Of a stretch of 64,000 bases of DNA, positions 33,167 through 44,406 are shown one piece after another. This DNA is from Macrostomum hystrix (taxonomy: Eukaryota > Animalia > Platyhelminthes), in assembly GCA_950097015.1 (NCBI GenBank), contig CATNEN010000011.1:2046001-2110000 (forward strand), given 5' to 3'. A program made the translations under genes and the position numbers. The notes below the pieces were generated by a model that saw only the letters and a program-made list of their open reading frames with translations, searched no databases and was not told where the DNA came from. The stretch's first letter is position 1, and each line of letters begins with the position of its first letter.

Positions 33167-35098
33167 ATGGACGATGCCAAAATGCAGGCCATGCGGGCAC
33201 ATCAGCTGCACCAGCTGAAGAAGGAGGCGATCGCCTACTACCAGGCCAACGGCGTGCCGCTGAAGATGGAGGACGCGCTGAACCAGATGTTCCGCGAACG
33301 GCCCGACTGTGTCTACGGCTACCTGTCCAACTACTTCGAGCTGCTGGCACAGCCGCCGGTGATCAGCGGCCTGCGCGCCTATCGCTGCTGGGACTCCCGC
33401 GGAGTCGACAGCCTCGCAGCCGAGGTCAGCTGTCGGCATCGCAACGAGGACCGCGTCGCCGGTAAAAGCCGCGCCGTACTCCAGGTCACCGTCGGCGAGC
33501 ACGACAAGCCGGAGGAGCGCGATCGAGAGTCTCAGGAGTTGAAGCAGCATGTCGAAGCCGGCTTGTGTCTGGTGAACGAAGGCCCGCTGCGAGACCTAGT
33601 CGAGCAGGCCTTCGACCCGAGGCATCAGCGAGCCATCGACGAATTCCTGCTGGCCAGACTGCAGGCCGAGGAGGACCGGGTCAAGGACCAGCTGCAGCGC
33701 GAATTGGACGAAGCGGCTGCTGCCGCGGCAGCGTCCGGCGCTGAAGCATCCGGTGGCTCAGAGAACGCCTCGCCGCAGCATCAGGCGCCTGCGGCGGCTG
33801 GCAAGGCCGCTGGAGGCAGCGCCAAGAAGCGCGGCGGAGGCAAAGGCGGAAAAGAGGTGAGTTTTTTGGGCCTGTGTTCCTTTGAGCATTATTAGAGTCA
33901 ACTGCTTCAACGGCTCCGAAACGATTCCCAATGTCCTGTCCAGGTCGTCATCGTGCCCGACGAGCCCCGCGAGGGCCTCTTCCCGGGCTGCCTGGCGCTC
34001 AGCTGCCTGTCGGCTGCCTGCGCCGCCGCCGGAGCTGCCGCCGCTGGTCTGCCACTCTACAAACACCTGCGCCAGCAGCTGGCCGACGGTCCTGACGACC
34101 CGTGCGACTGGCGCCTACCGCTGCCTATGCTGACCATTCTGAGCGGTGGCAGGGCTAGTCCCGGCAAGAGCAACTGCGTCAAGGAGTACATGATCGTGCC
34201 CAAGCCTGGTCTGGCGTTCGACAGGGTGTTGTGCGACTCAGTGGCCGTCTACCAGCAGGTGGCCAAGGCCCTCAGCGTCAAAGGAGGCCCAGCGGCTCGT
34301 TTCACTAACGACACCGGCGCCCTGAACACCGTGATCGATCGGCCGGAGACTGGATTCGACCTGATCAACGACGCTCTGAAAGTCCTCGAGCTGACTGACT
34401 CGTTCGACCTGGCCGCGAACATCGCCGGCCACGAGCTGTTCGACTACGAGAAGGGCAAGTACGATCTGGCCCAGGGAACTCAGAAATCGCCGGACGAGGC
34501 GGCCGACTTTCTTGACGACTTGAGCGCCAAGCAGGCCTCGCTGGTGGCGCTGATCGACCCGTTGAGGCGCGTTGAACGCGATGCCTGGATCCGGCTGTGC
34601 CAGAAGGCCTCACAGCGCTGCCTCATCATCGGTGACGCTACGCAGCACCGGACAGGTCGCCTGCTGGCTGAGCTGCAGCAGATGGAGCAGCGGGAGGCTG
34701 AGGCTGAGAAAGCTCAGGATGAGGGTGAGCAGGAGCAGCAGGAGCAGGACAAGCAACAGTTGGAGCCGCTGCTCACCTCGGGCTGGGTTGCGAGGCTTCA
34801 GCAGCGAAACACCGTCACGGAGCTCTTTGACTGCGCCAAAAGAATGCGCGCCGCAGGTCAAGTGGTCTTGGCCGCGGTCGGTCCAAGCGACAACGGTGAC
34901 ACGGCCATTGTGGACCTGGCGGTGGCCATCGGGGCCAGGTACCTGAAACTCGGCGCTCCGGTACGGGCTGAGCGCATCGACAAGCTGCAACGCCTGGCCG
35001 AGATTGGAGATGAGTTGCGCTCAGGCGACCAGCTCACCCAGTGGGAGCAACTGCGCCCGAAGCTGCTCAGACCGCGCGGCTCCGAGACGCCCGAAGGC

Positions 35099-35131
<33 letters not shown>

Positions 35132-35191
35132 GATCCGCAACCGTCTGCTGGAAAAAGTCGCAAGAGCTCATCGTCGGTTTCCAAAGCCTGA
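33167..35191 (+). CDS. ENO4: Enolase 4 (ciliary/flagellar enolase-like protein), 2 exons (33167-33856, 33944-35191)
   Basis: 87-nt GT-AG intron in phase 0. N-terminal YY..NGVP.KMEDALNQMF.ERP..VYGYLSNYF extension typical of ENO4. Enolase-fold motifs DSRG, LPLP...LSGG, KEYMIVP, DLAVAIGARYLKLGAP.R.ER..K. C-terminal polyQ. Confidence 0.9.
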
Positions 35192-35968
35192 GACTTACCA
35201 ATCTGAGTATCCAGAAACTGCTTATTTGACTGCAGTCCAGCCCAATCTGACACTCCTTCGCTAACAAAATACAATATGTTATATTGTTCGTGCGCAGAAA
35301 GTTCTGAAATATAAATAATTTTCATAACTTCCACTCGCTGATTTAGAAGCATCATTTTTTAGCAGCAATACTAAAAAACGGTGCATAAAAAAGCTAGAAG
35401 TCTAGAATAGGCATGTCTGGTTCCCAGCAATGCGCAGCATTTGGGTGTGTTCTTCTATTGATCGCTGCGTCCAGTTGTGTGAGGCCGGGCCACCATAGTC
35501 GGTATTAGTTGCGTCTCTACGTAATACACCCAGCGTTAGTCATTCCAGCCAGAAGTTGTGTTCGCATCCTACCGGATTAGAAAAGGCCACAGCTAGCTTT
35601 TCGCGCTGCTTTTGTCTCCCACCGTCGTACACTGGCTACTTACTGCATCCACTCGCGGGAAATGCAATCCAGCCAGACGGCCAACCCACCCCTCCTCCGT
35701 CCCGTTTCGTTCGCCGTCCCTTCCGTGCGCGCTCCGCTGTGTACGTTCAATACTGGGTCGATGGTCTGAACAGGGCGGCATGGGCTGGGAGAGAGGGAGA
35801 GAGAGGCCACTCTCTTTCCCACTCCCTCTCCCCTCAGCCCAACCCCCTCCTTATCACCAGCCTGAATACTGACGGCAATCATAAAAACTAGAATTTCCAA
35901 CTGAAGGCTGGGCGTCCAGACTCCGCAATAGAAGGCCATTGTGATTCAGTTATTCAAGTCATTGCGCA

Positions 35969-38444
35969 ATGCAAGGCATTATCACTGCGATGATGCTGCA
36001 GCCAGTCCTCCTCGCTGTGCTGGCCCTGGCCATCGTCAGCGCCCAGCCACTCTATCCGGTGCTATGCGATCCGGCTCGCGAGGGCTGCATCAAGGCTCCT
36101 GTAGAATGTCGGAGCGTGTTCCGCGGCGTCGGCTCGTTCAGCGGAGACGAGCTGCAGTGCACCTACGCTGCTGCCTGGCGATTTATTAACGGCGACCTGG
36201 AAGTGGAGATCAGCGGCCAGGTGGGCCCGAATGGCGGCTTCGTTGCTCTGGGCTTCTCGCCGGATAAGAAAGCGACCAGCGGCCTGGCCTTGGTCTGTTT
36301 CAAGAGTTCCGGGAACTCGGGCGTCTCTGTGCGTCTGGCTGCCTACAGATCTGGCGACCTGACGGAGCTGCTGCCACTGTCCAGCGTCCTGGCCGAGGCG
36401 GACAGTGCGCCGCACTTTGAGCCAGATCAGCCGCAGCAGGGTGGCTACTACTACACCCTGAAGAAGCTGGGCTACTCCGTCATCGAGTGCAGAGCCCGGC
36501 TGAAGCTCTCGGCTTCGTCAGACGGTCGGCTGACATTCCTGCAGCGGCCTCGGGATCCCACGGTGAGTGAACTGGATGAGCTGGGACTGGCTGTTAGACA
36601 CTAGCTGTTAGACACTAGCTGTTAGACACTGGCTGTTAGACACTAGCTGTTAGACACTGGCTGTTAGACACTAGCTGTTAGACACTAGCTGTTAGACACT
36701 GGCTGTTAGAAACTGGCTGTTAGACACTAGCTGTTAGACACTAGCTGTTAGACACTGGCTGTTAGACACTAGCTGTTAGACACTAGCTGTTAGACACTGG
36801 CTGTTAGACACTAGCTGTTAGACACTAGCTGTTAGACACTGGCTGTTAGACACTAGCTGTTAGACACTGGCTGTTAGACACTAGCTGTTAGACACTAGCT
36901 GTTAGACACTGGCTGTTAGAAACTGGCTGTTAGACACTAGCTGTTAGACACTAGCTGTTAGACACTGGCTGTTAGACACTAGCTGTTAGACACTAGCTGT
37001 TAGACACTGGCTGTTAGACACTAGCTGTTAGACACTGGCTGTTAGACACTGGCTGTTAGAAACTGGCTGTTAGACATAGCTGTTAGATACATTTGACGAA
37101 CGAACCAACTCCGCAACAGGTGTACATGACGGCCTCGCTAGGCAATGAGCCGCCATCGCCTACAGGCGAGGGCATCGACAAGCCAACCTGGACCTACACC
37201 ACACCGCCACGCCGGCTGTCCGATGTCGGCCTTCGTGCTAGTCAGCCGAGGAGCGGTCTGGCGAAGGCTCACGGCTGCTTCATGATCCTGGCCTGGGTGA
37301 TGTGCGCCTCAATTGGCACTCTGCTAGCCAGGTAGGCGGAGGATGACGCCATCTAGATTCTAGGAATCACGCCATCTAGATTCTAGGAATCACGCCATCT
37401 AGATTCTAGGAATCACGCCATCTAGATTCTAGGAATCACGCCATCTAGATTCTAGGAATCACGCAATCTAGATTCTAGGAATCATGCAATCTTGATTCTT
37501 GGAATCTCGCAATCTAGATTCTAAGAAACATGAATGACTCCCCAATGACCCTAGAATGGCTCCCCAATGACCCTCGAATGGCTCCCCAATGACCCTAGAA
37601 TGACTCTCCAATGACCCTAGAATGGCTCCCCATTGACCCTAGCATGACTCCCCAACGACCTTATAATGGCTCCCCAATAACCCCAGCATGACTCCCCAAT
37701 GACCTTATAATGGCTCCCCAATAACCCCAGCATGACTCCCCAATGACCCTAGACTGACACTGACCGGCACCTCGCAGGTACTACAAGCTGCAGTGGCCGG
37801 GCCGCCTGTTGGGTCGCGAAGCTGCCTGGTTCCAGCTTCACCGTGTCCTCATGGCTGTCTGCTGTTGTTTTACACTGCTCAGCTTCATTCTCATCTTCAT
37901 CGATCTTCGTGGCTACAGCGGCCTGGACACTTTCCCGGAGCTGCTACACCCAATCCTGGGCATCATCGTCACCATCCTGACGGTGCTGAATCCGTTGGTG
38001 GCTCTGTGCCGCTGCGATCCTACCCACGAGAACCGGCCCTGCTTCAACTGGATCCACTGGCTCATTGGCACCATCGCCTACGTGCTGGCTGTATTGAACC
38101 TCTTCCTTGGCCTTCGCATGGAACGCGCAGGCGATCTTAGCAGCATCAACTATCACGTCTGGCTGCTAATCTTCTTCGTCCTATTCCAGTTCATTGTTGA
38201 GATAATCCTGGAGATTCACACCCTGTACCATTGGAAGCGCAACAAGAAGCAGTGGCAGGCCTACCGACTCGAGCTAGATGAGTACAATGCGGCCAAGACA
38301 AACCCGGCTTCGCTGCAGCCGCGCTCCCGACCAGTCGAGCCTCTGCCTCGCGGACGCTGCCTTCGGGCCTTCCTGCTGTCGCTGCACGCTGTGGTGGCCG
38401 CTGCTGTCGCCTTCATTCTGTGCATTGTGATTCTGGCCTACTAA
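35969..38444 (+). CDS. FRRS1: DOMON + cytochrome b561 ferric-chelate reductase (FRRS1-like), 3 exons (35969-36562, 37120-37331, 37778-38444), ~490 aa
   Basis: Signal peptide; DOMON-like segment (GFVALGFSPDKK, ECR); b561 heme histidines in KAHGCFMILAW, WFQLHR, LHPILG and FNWIHW; splice phases consistent. No reeler domain is evident, so the symbol means family-level similarity. Confidence 0.85.
36590..37090 (+). repeat. 14-bp minisatellite (ct[a/g]gctgttagaca), ~35 copies, FRRS1-like intron 1
   Basis: Direct inspection. Confidence 0.95.
37345..37755 (+). repeat. Two adjacent minisatellites in FRRS1-like intron 2: 23-bp tctagattctaggaatcacgcca, then 22-bp ctccccaatgaccctagaatgg
   Basis: Direct inspection; the switch is near 37530. 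Confidence 0.9.
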
Positions 38445-39569
38445 TTCACCTTCTGATAACTATGGAGGGATTAACAGTTAAAGCTGAAATGTAACGACTG
38501 GTAACACCTAGCTGGGTCCTGAATATCTGTTAACCAAGCACCTGCATTCTGCATTCTGCTTCAATTAAAGCATTTTTGTGAGCGAATTCATCCTACGGGC
38601 GGGATATTTAATTCAGATGTCTATGGCCCAAACAGATTCAAGTAATTTAATAAAATTTTCATTACCGCCTCAACTGTCTATGGCAGAAAATGCCTTTCAC
38701 TTGAACTAAATTTCGACATTGACAACTGGCAGAAGTTTCAAACCGACCATAGACTACAAGGTTGATTTGACTTTGCTTGCTCATAGGATGTACTCGCTTT
38801 CAAAAATGCTACAGTACAATTAATTATCTAGCATGCAGGCTCACTAATTTTTATCTTAGCCTAATCGCTTTAGCGGCCTTTTTATGCATTGTCCAAAACT
38901 CAGCCAGCATAGTTAATCTCATAATTGCTTATTTTGTTTACAATCATTATTAAAAGAAATTTTCGCGAAATCTGACTTTATTTATTGGCAGTAGTATTCC
39001 TAGTCGTTTTATTAATTATTCTAATAATCCAAAAAATTGCAGTTCGCCGTTAGATTATGTCTTTTAAGCTTGTTTAAAGCAACAAATCAATTTTGTACCT
39101 TTATCAAAGCTGCAATCTGTGTTTCGATGCTCGTGAGCGGGTTTTCTGCTCATGGCTAAATGTACAGCTAAGCTAAAATTTAATCTTTTGTAACCAACAA
39201 CCCTTCGCTTCATTTGCTAACTTAAATATTTTCTTGAACGAGTCAAACCAATTGCTTTGCTTGTCGCATCACTAGCAGTTATTCTGTTAAACTGTTTTGT
39301 ACTATAACATTTTATTGCATGACAACAAAAGTACATTTTGTAATAGTTCTAATAACTCTGCTGCTAAAACACAGTGTGCTTTATGGGTTCGATTCAATTT
39401 TAAATTTGTTCAGTTCAGTTCAGTACATCGTTTTTTGTTTAAAAATAAGTGCTGAATTGAGTAAAGAAAATAATTTTTTCCGGTTTAGCTTATGGGCGTC
39501 TATATACAGCATCGCCATCGCTATATATGACATCATAGGTGACTTATATACTTTAGTTCAAGAGTCTAT

Positions 39570-40175
39570 AAGTCTAGATTCTTGGAATCACGTCATCTAC
39601 ATTCTAGGAATCACGCCATCTAGATTCTAGGAATCTCATCATCTAGATTCTAGGAATCTCACCATCTAGATTCTCGGAATCTCATCATCTAGATTCTCGG
39701 AAACTCATCATCTAGATTCTAGGAATCTCATCATCTAGATTCTAGGAATCTCATCATCTAGATTCTGGGAATCATGCCATCTAGATTCTAGGAATCACGC
39801 CATCTAGATTCAAGGAATCAGCCATCTAGATTCTAGGAATCACGCCATCTAGATTCAAGGAATCACGCCATCTAGATTCTAGGAATCATGCCATCTGCAT
39901 TCAAGGAATCACGCCATCTAGATTCTAGGACTCACGCTATCTAGATTCTTAGAAACACGCCATATAGTTTCTTGGAATCACGCCATCTAGTTTATTGGAA
40001 TCACGCCATCTAGTTTCTTGGAATCACGCCATCTCGTTTCTTGGAATCACGCCATCTAGTTTCTTGGAATCACGCCATCTAGATTCTAGGAATCACGCCA
40101 TCTAGATTCTAGGAATCACGCCATCTAGATTCTAGGAATCACGCCATCTAGATTCTATGAATCACGCCATCTAGA
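39570..40175 (+). repeat. 23-bp minisatellite (tctagattctaggaatcacgcca), ~26 copies, intergenic
   Basis: Same unit as 37345-37530. Confidence 0.93.
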
Positions 40176-40859
40176 TTTAAAACTTCGCTTAATCTTCGCT
40201 TAGAGAGTCAAACCAAATCACTGCTTTGCCAATCAGCATAGACAATGAGCAAATTGGAATCTTACTTTTCCTATAAGATTCATATATCCTAAGCGTACAG
40301 CATCTGCTTATAGTGCTTCGAGTCACACATAGCGGAACAGTCACGCAGCAACCGTGAGAAATTCGGGCGCCTTGGTTCCCATCTTAATAAATGTCTCAAC
40401 AAAGAAAGCAGAAATAAAACTATTTTGCTGCCGTCTAATTAGTGCGAGTTGAATTGCCATAAAATTATTGTCCTACACAAGCATTGACGCCTAAGAGAGC
40501 ACATAAAAGTATGCTTTTCAATCAAAAATGTTAGTCAGTCAGATGTGCACAGTCTGGAAAATTTCTTATCGAATGGTGCGAGTTGGGTTAAAAAAGTGAA
40601 ATTATTTTTCAGCCAGGTCAAATGTCTCTTGTGTGGCAAAAAAAGTTTTTCTCGGTGTACGAAATTTTGATGAATTGTGTCAAATGAGCTTGATCACGTG
40701 ATTGATATTTTGTAGCTGTGAATAAACCCGACCTTTATTAATAAATAAGCACTCATTTTAATACGAAGTCTAATACCAAGGTAAAATTTCGAACGGTATT
40801 TACAACTCGATTAGCAGTAGGACTACCAAGCCATTTTGCCGCCCGTTTTTATACCAAGT

Positions 40860-42843
40860 GGGGTCCCTGACATTTTTTTTGGCAGCGCCCGAATGCTAAC
40901 AGCATTCGGTGGTGACTGATTGGTTGACAGACTAGGCGATGGTGTCCTGTGGTTGAGCTGCGCCTAATATTTTGGCTTGAGCATTGAAATTTGAGAAATT
41001 CACGTCAGGGTGTCCATAGTAGCTTAGTTCCACCTGTTGTAGCCCTTGAAGGTCCAGCAGTCCGTCTAGATAAAGGTAGGTGACCACCGAAGACGGAGAT
41101 GATGCAGGCACACTCGGGTGACATGCTGATAAAGTTTGAAGGTCTGGAAAGGCCGCACTGAGGCGCAGTGCAAATTCGTGTATAGGGGTGTATGAAATAC
41201 ACTAGCTCTTATGGGAAAAATCGGACCTTCGGCCAGAAACATTGAATATCTCGACGGTCTGAAGAGTTCTTGAGTTTCGTGTGCTTGCGTTGCTCCGTTC
41301 GGGTGCAGCAAAAAAATTGCCAGTGGGGAAATCCCCCTTGGTAGTTGTACTGTTAACACGAAATGGCTAATTCTAGCGCTTACCTTCAGTCTAAAGTACT
41401 TTTCCATTTTGAAATCGATCACAAGTTCCGGTTGAACTGTAGGCGGCAACCTCAGAGTCAGTCTGTCGACAAGCTCGCAGCTTCTATCGCTGTGTTTGTA
41501 CCTCACACACTGAAGTATTTGAATATCAATAGCCGATACTAGAACACCGATTTCACCGACCATGTCACTATTGCTGTTTGGTATGACCTCGTCCTTGTGC
41601 AACATCGGCACGAACTTTGATCTTTCAATCCGAAAGCCAAACGTGCTCGGACGGAGGAGCTATCAGGGTTAAGGACTTGTTGGAGCTTTGGTAATTCCTT
41701 GGATCTCGGATTCCTGCAGACGATTAAATGGGATTTCAGTCGCCCAGAATGTGTCCTGTCATCTTAAGCACAGCTGGAATGTGACCCTGTCCTCCTACAA
41801 CTGCTAGGTGGATGTTTCCAGCCTCCACGTCACTATCTTTCACCAGTTCGCGAATCAGTTTCAATCGTAGAACAATCAGACGGTTAAACTGAGGTTGATC
41901 TATAGAACACCCGTGAATTCTTCACCTGCGACTCGACCTGAATCTTTACCGCCTCATTTGATGAGAGCATTGCTACGGCGCGATCTGCTTCTCTGCGCAG
42001 CTTCTCGATGGCCAAAGCATCTTCCAAAAGCCTTTCGTAGACCGTCTTTCCGTACCGCCTCTCGAAGTCACGAAGCAGATGGCTGAGCACTTCCTGGCTG
42101 AACGCATCGCCCCCAGTGTCGGGAAGACAGTCGTGAGCGAGTGTTGTCACGCCTCCCTTCTCTGAGATTTCGACGATGCTGGCACCTACTGAAGTGCCGA
42201 CGTTCAGAATGAAGAGAAGCTTCGCATTTCGACCTTCGGTTAGTGTTCAATGCGCAGCGTTAACGGCAGCCGCCAAGGTGGCATCAACGAGGAGCACTTC
42301 GTCCGTAAAGCCAGCGATTCTGGCTGCATCCCTGATGGCCTTCGCTTTCGAGTTGGTCAAGCAGCTCGGCACGCTGATGACTGCACCAGTCACTTTCTGG
42401 GCACCAGCTGCGACGCTTTGCTCGGATCGAGCGCGCAGCTCCCGCAGTTGAAGCGCCAGGATCTCCTCCGGCGAGAACTGCTGCTCGACCCCGTCGCTCT
42501 CTATACTACCAAGACGATGGACTTGGCTTCACCGCGCCGCACCTTGAACGGCCGCACCTGTGACGCTGTACGGCTTCGCTGTCGAACTATGCTCCCAAAA
42601 ATGGGAAGATCGAGAAAATTGTGCCGTTGGCATTCGCTGTCACCTGACATTTTGCCTCGTCTCCTAGGAGCAGTCGGCTGTGAAGGCAACGTAAACTGGT
42701 GTACGCTCGCCGCCGTGCTCGCTCGATTAGGCCAGGATGTCCTCTGGTTGAACTGTGCCGAATATTTAGGCTTGATCAGTGAAATTGGAGACTTGCGTCA
42801 GGGTGTCCATTGCTGATGCTAGTGCCACCTGTTGAAGCCCTTG
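40860..42843 (-). pseudogene. Highly divergent HSP70-family relic (NBD + SBD-beta) followed by a linker and the start of a second NBD copy
   Basis: Hand translation of the minus strand gives GERTPVYVAFT, LLGDEAKCQV, RPFKV, QFSPEEILAL, VTGAVISVP, AIRDAARIAG, LAAAV, GGDAFSQEVLSH, EKLRREADRA...LSS, VVGGQGHIP, LNPD, then MLHKDEVIP, IDIQILQCVR, LVDRLTLRLPP, QPELVIDF. These are collinear with HSP70 motifs. At least three frameshifts and in-frame stops are present (e.g. TGA after AAVNAAH near 42250). Confidence 0.8.
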
Positions 42844-43849
42844 TCATATATCATATATCATAAAAGCCATGACATATCTATCGTACACTACTTTCATTTA
42901 CGGGATTTATTCAAAAAAATCCCTGAAATCGTATTGTTCAAATTGGTTAAAAACGGACGTAAAATTCTTGAAAACGAATTACGCACAAATTAAGATTATG
43001 CATGAATTAAGCACAATAGCCAGTCAATAGCTATATTGTGATTTTAACGTGAAAAAAACGTGCAAAGTGGCTATCTCGCTTGTGCATTTTTTCGTGAAAA
43101 TCTGCCTTTATTAAATTTTCCAAGAAACTAATTCTCCCGTCCTTCTTCTTCTTGTGGTCCATGACGAATACATGGCTGGCAGTTTTACCATAGACTACGG
43201 AAAATTCGAGACGTGACCCCGAAAAGGGGGGACCATCTGACTAGATCCTCTTATTTCTTCGAGTCTTTGATCATAACATTGATTGATTGACAGCTTTTTG
43301 GGGCTTAAGCCAGTTAAAAAGAAACTTTGTAAAAATAGCCACATAGCATGAGGCCAGATATGACTGAACTCAAAAGATTTGCAAAGTGTTGGGAATAAAA
43401 ACTACTATGTATTTAAAACAAATTTTTAACACTCGACTAAGTAATTTACGAGCTTTTTATTCGAGAAATTCGATAAAAATTAACACCGATTTCTAGATAA
43501 GGAGCTATCGATGATTAAGAAGTTAACTGATAAAATCACATTTCTATAACCACGACATTTAGACCCACAAAACTAAAGATTAGAGTTTATAAATGGTTTA
43601 TCATGCCACATTGACAAAGACGTTCGAAATCATTAAATGTGGGACCTATTAGGCAGTAGCAATGCCTCATTAGATACTAAATAGTAGGAACTTTCAATAA
43701 CATTCGTGCGTGCTAAAAACATCGAGACGACTCGAGTTTCTGAATATTTTTTGTTAAATCTCGAACATAAAAGAGCGAAATTCTGTTGACAAGAAACCAT
43801 TTCCGAAATTCCCTGTAACTAAACAGACAAACCACAGATACACCGAATG

Positions 43850-44330
43850 ATCCACACACGAATGACAGTGACAGCTGATTGATACACACACGAATGACAG
43901 TGACAGCTGATTGATACACACACGAATGACAGTGACAGCTGATTGATACACACTCGAATGACAGTGACAGCTGGTTGATACACACACGAATGACAGTGAC
44001 AGCTGATTGATACACACTCGAATGACAGTGACAGCTGATTGATACACACACGAATGACAGTGACAGCTGGTTGATACACACACGAATGACAGTGACAGCT
44101 GATTGATACACACTCGAATGACAGTGACAGCTGATTGATACACACACGAATGACAGTGACAGCTGATTGATACACACTCGAATGACAGTGACAGCTGATT
44201 GATACACACACGAATGACAGTGACAGCTGATTGATACACACTCGAATGACAGTGACAGCTGATTGATACACACACGAATGATAGTGACAGCTGATTGATA
44301 CACACTCGAATGACAATGACTTGGATTTCG
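43850..44330 (+). repeat. 32-bp minisatellite (gaatgacagtgacagctgattgatacacac[a/t]c), ~15 copies, just downstream of the GPCR stop
   Basis: Direct inspection. Confidence 0.95.
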
Positions 44331-44406
44331 ATGCACATGATGAAGGTGTGTAGGTCAGATCCGATCAACTAGAATCGACAGCCAGCCATCATCTCCAACG
44401 GGCGAA

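Noticed and set aside
39319-39630. Hydrophobic 103-aa ORF (also 1176-1421)
   Set aside because: AT-rich intergenic sequence with no motifs or splice support; it runs into a minisatellite or MITE arm.
42245-42256. Selenocysteine or readthrough at the in-frame TGA of the HSP70-like sequence
   Set aside because: Several independent frameshifts and other stops are present in the same unit, indicating a pseudogene.
43713-44368. Cys/His-rich ORFs (CVYQSAVTVIR repeats) resembling metal-binding proteins
   Set aside because: Translations of the 32-bp minisatellite.
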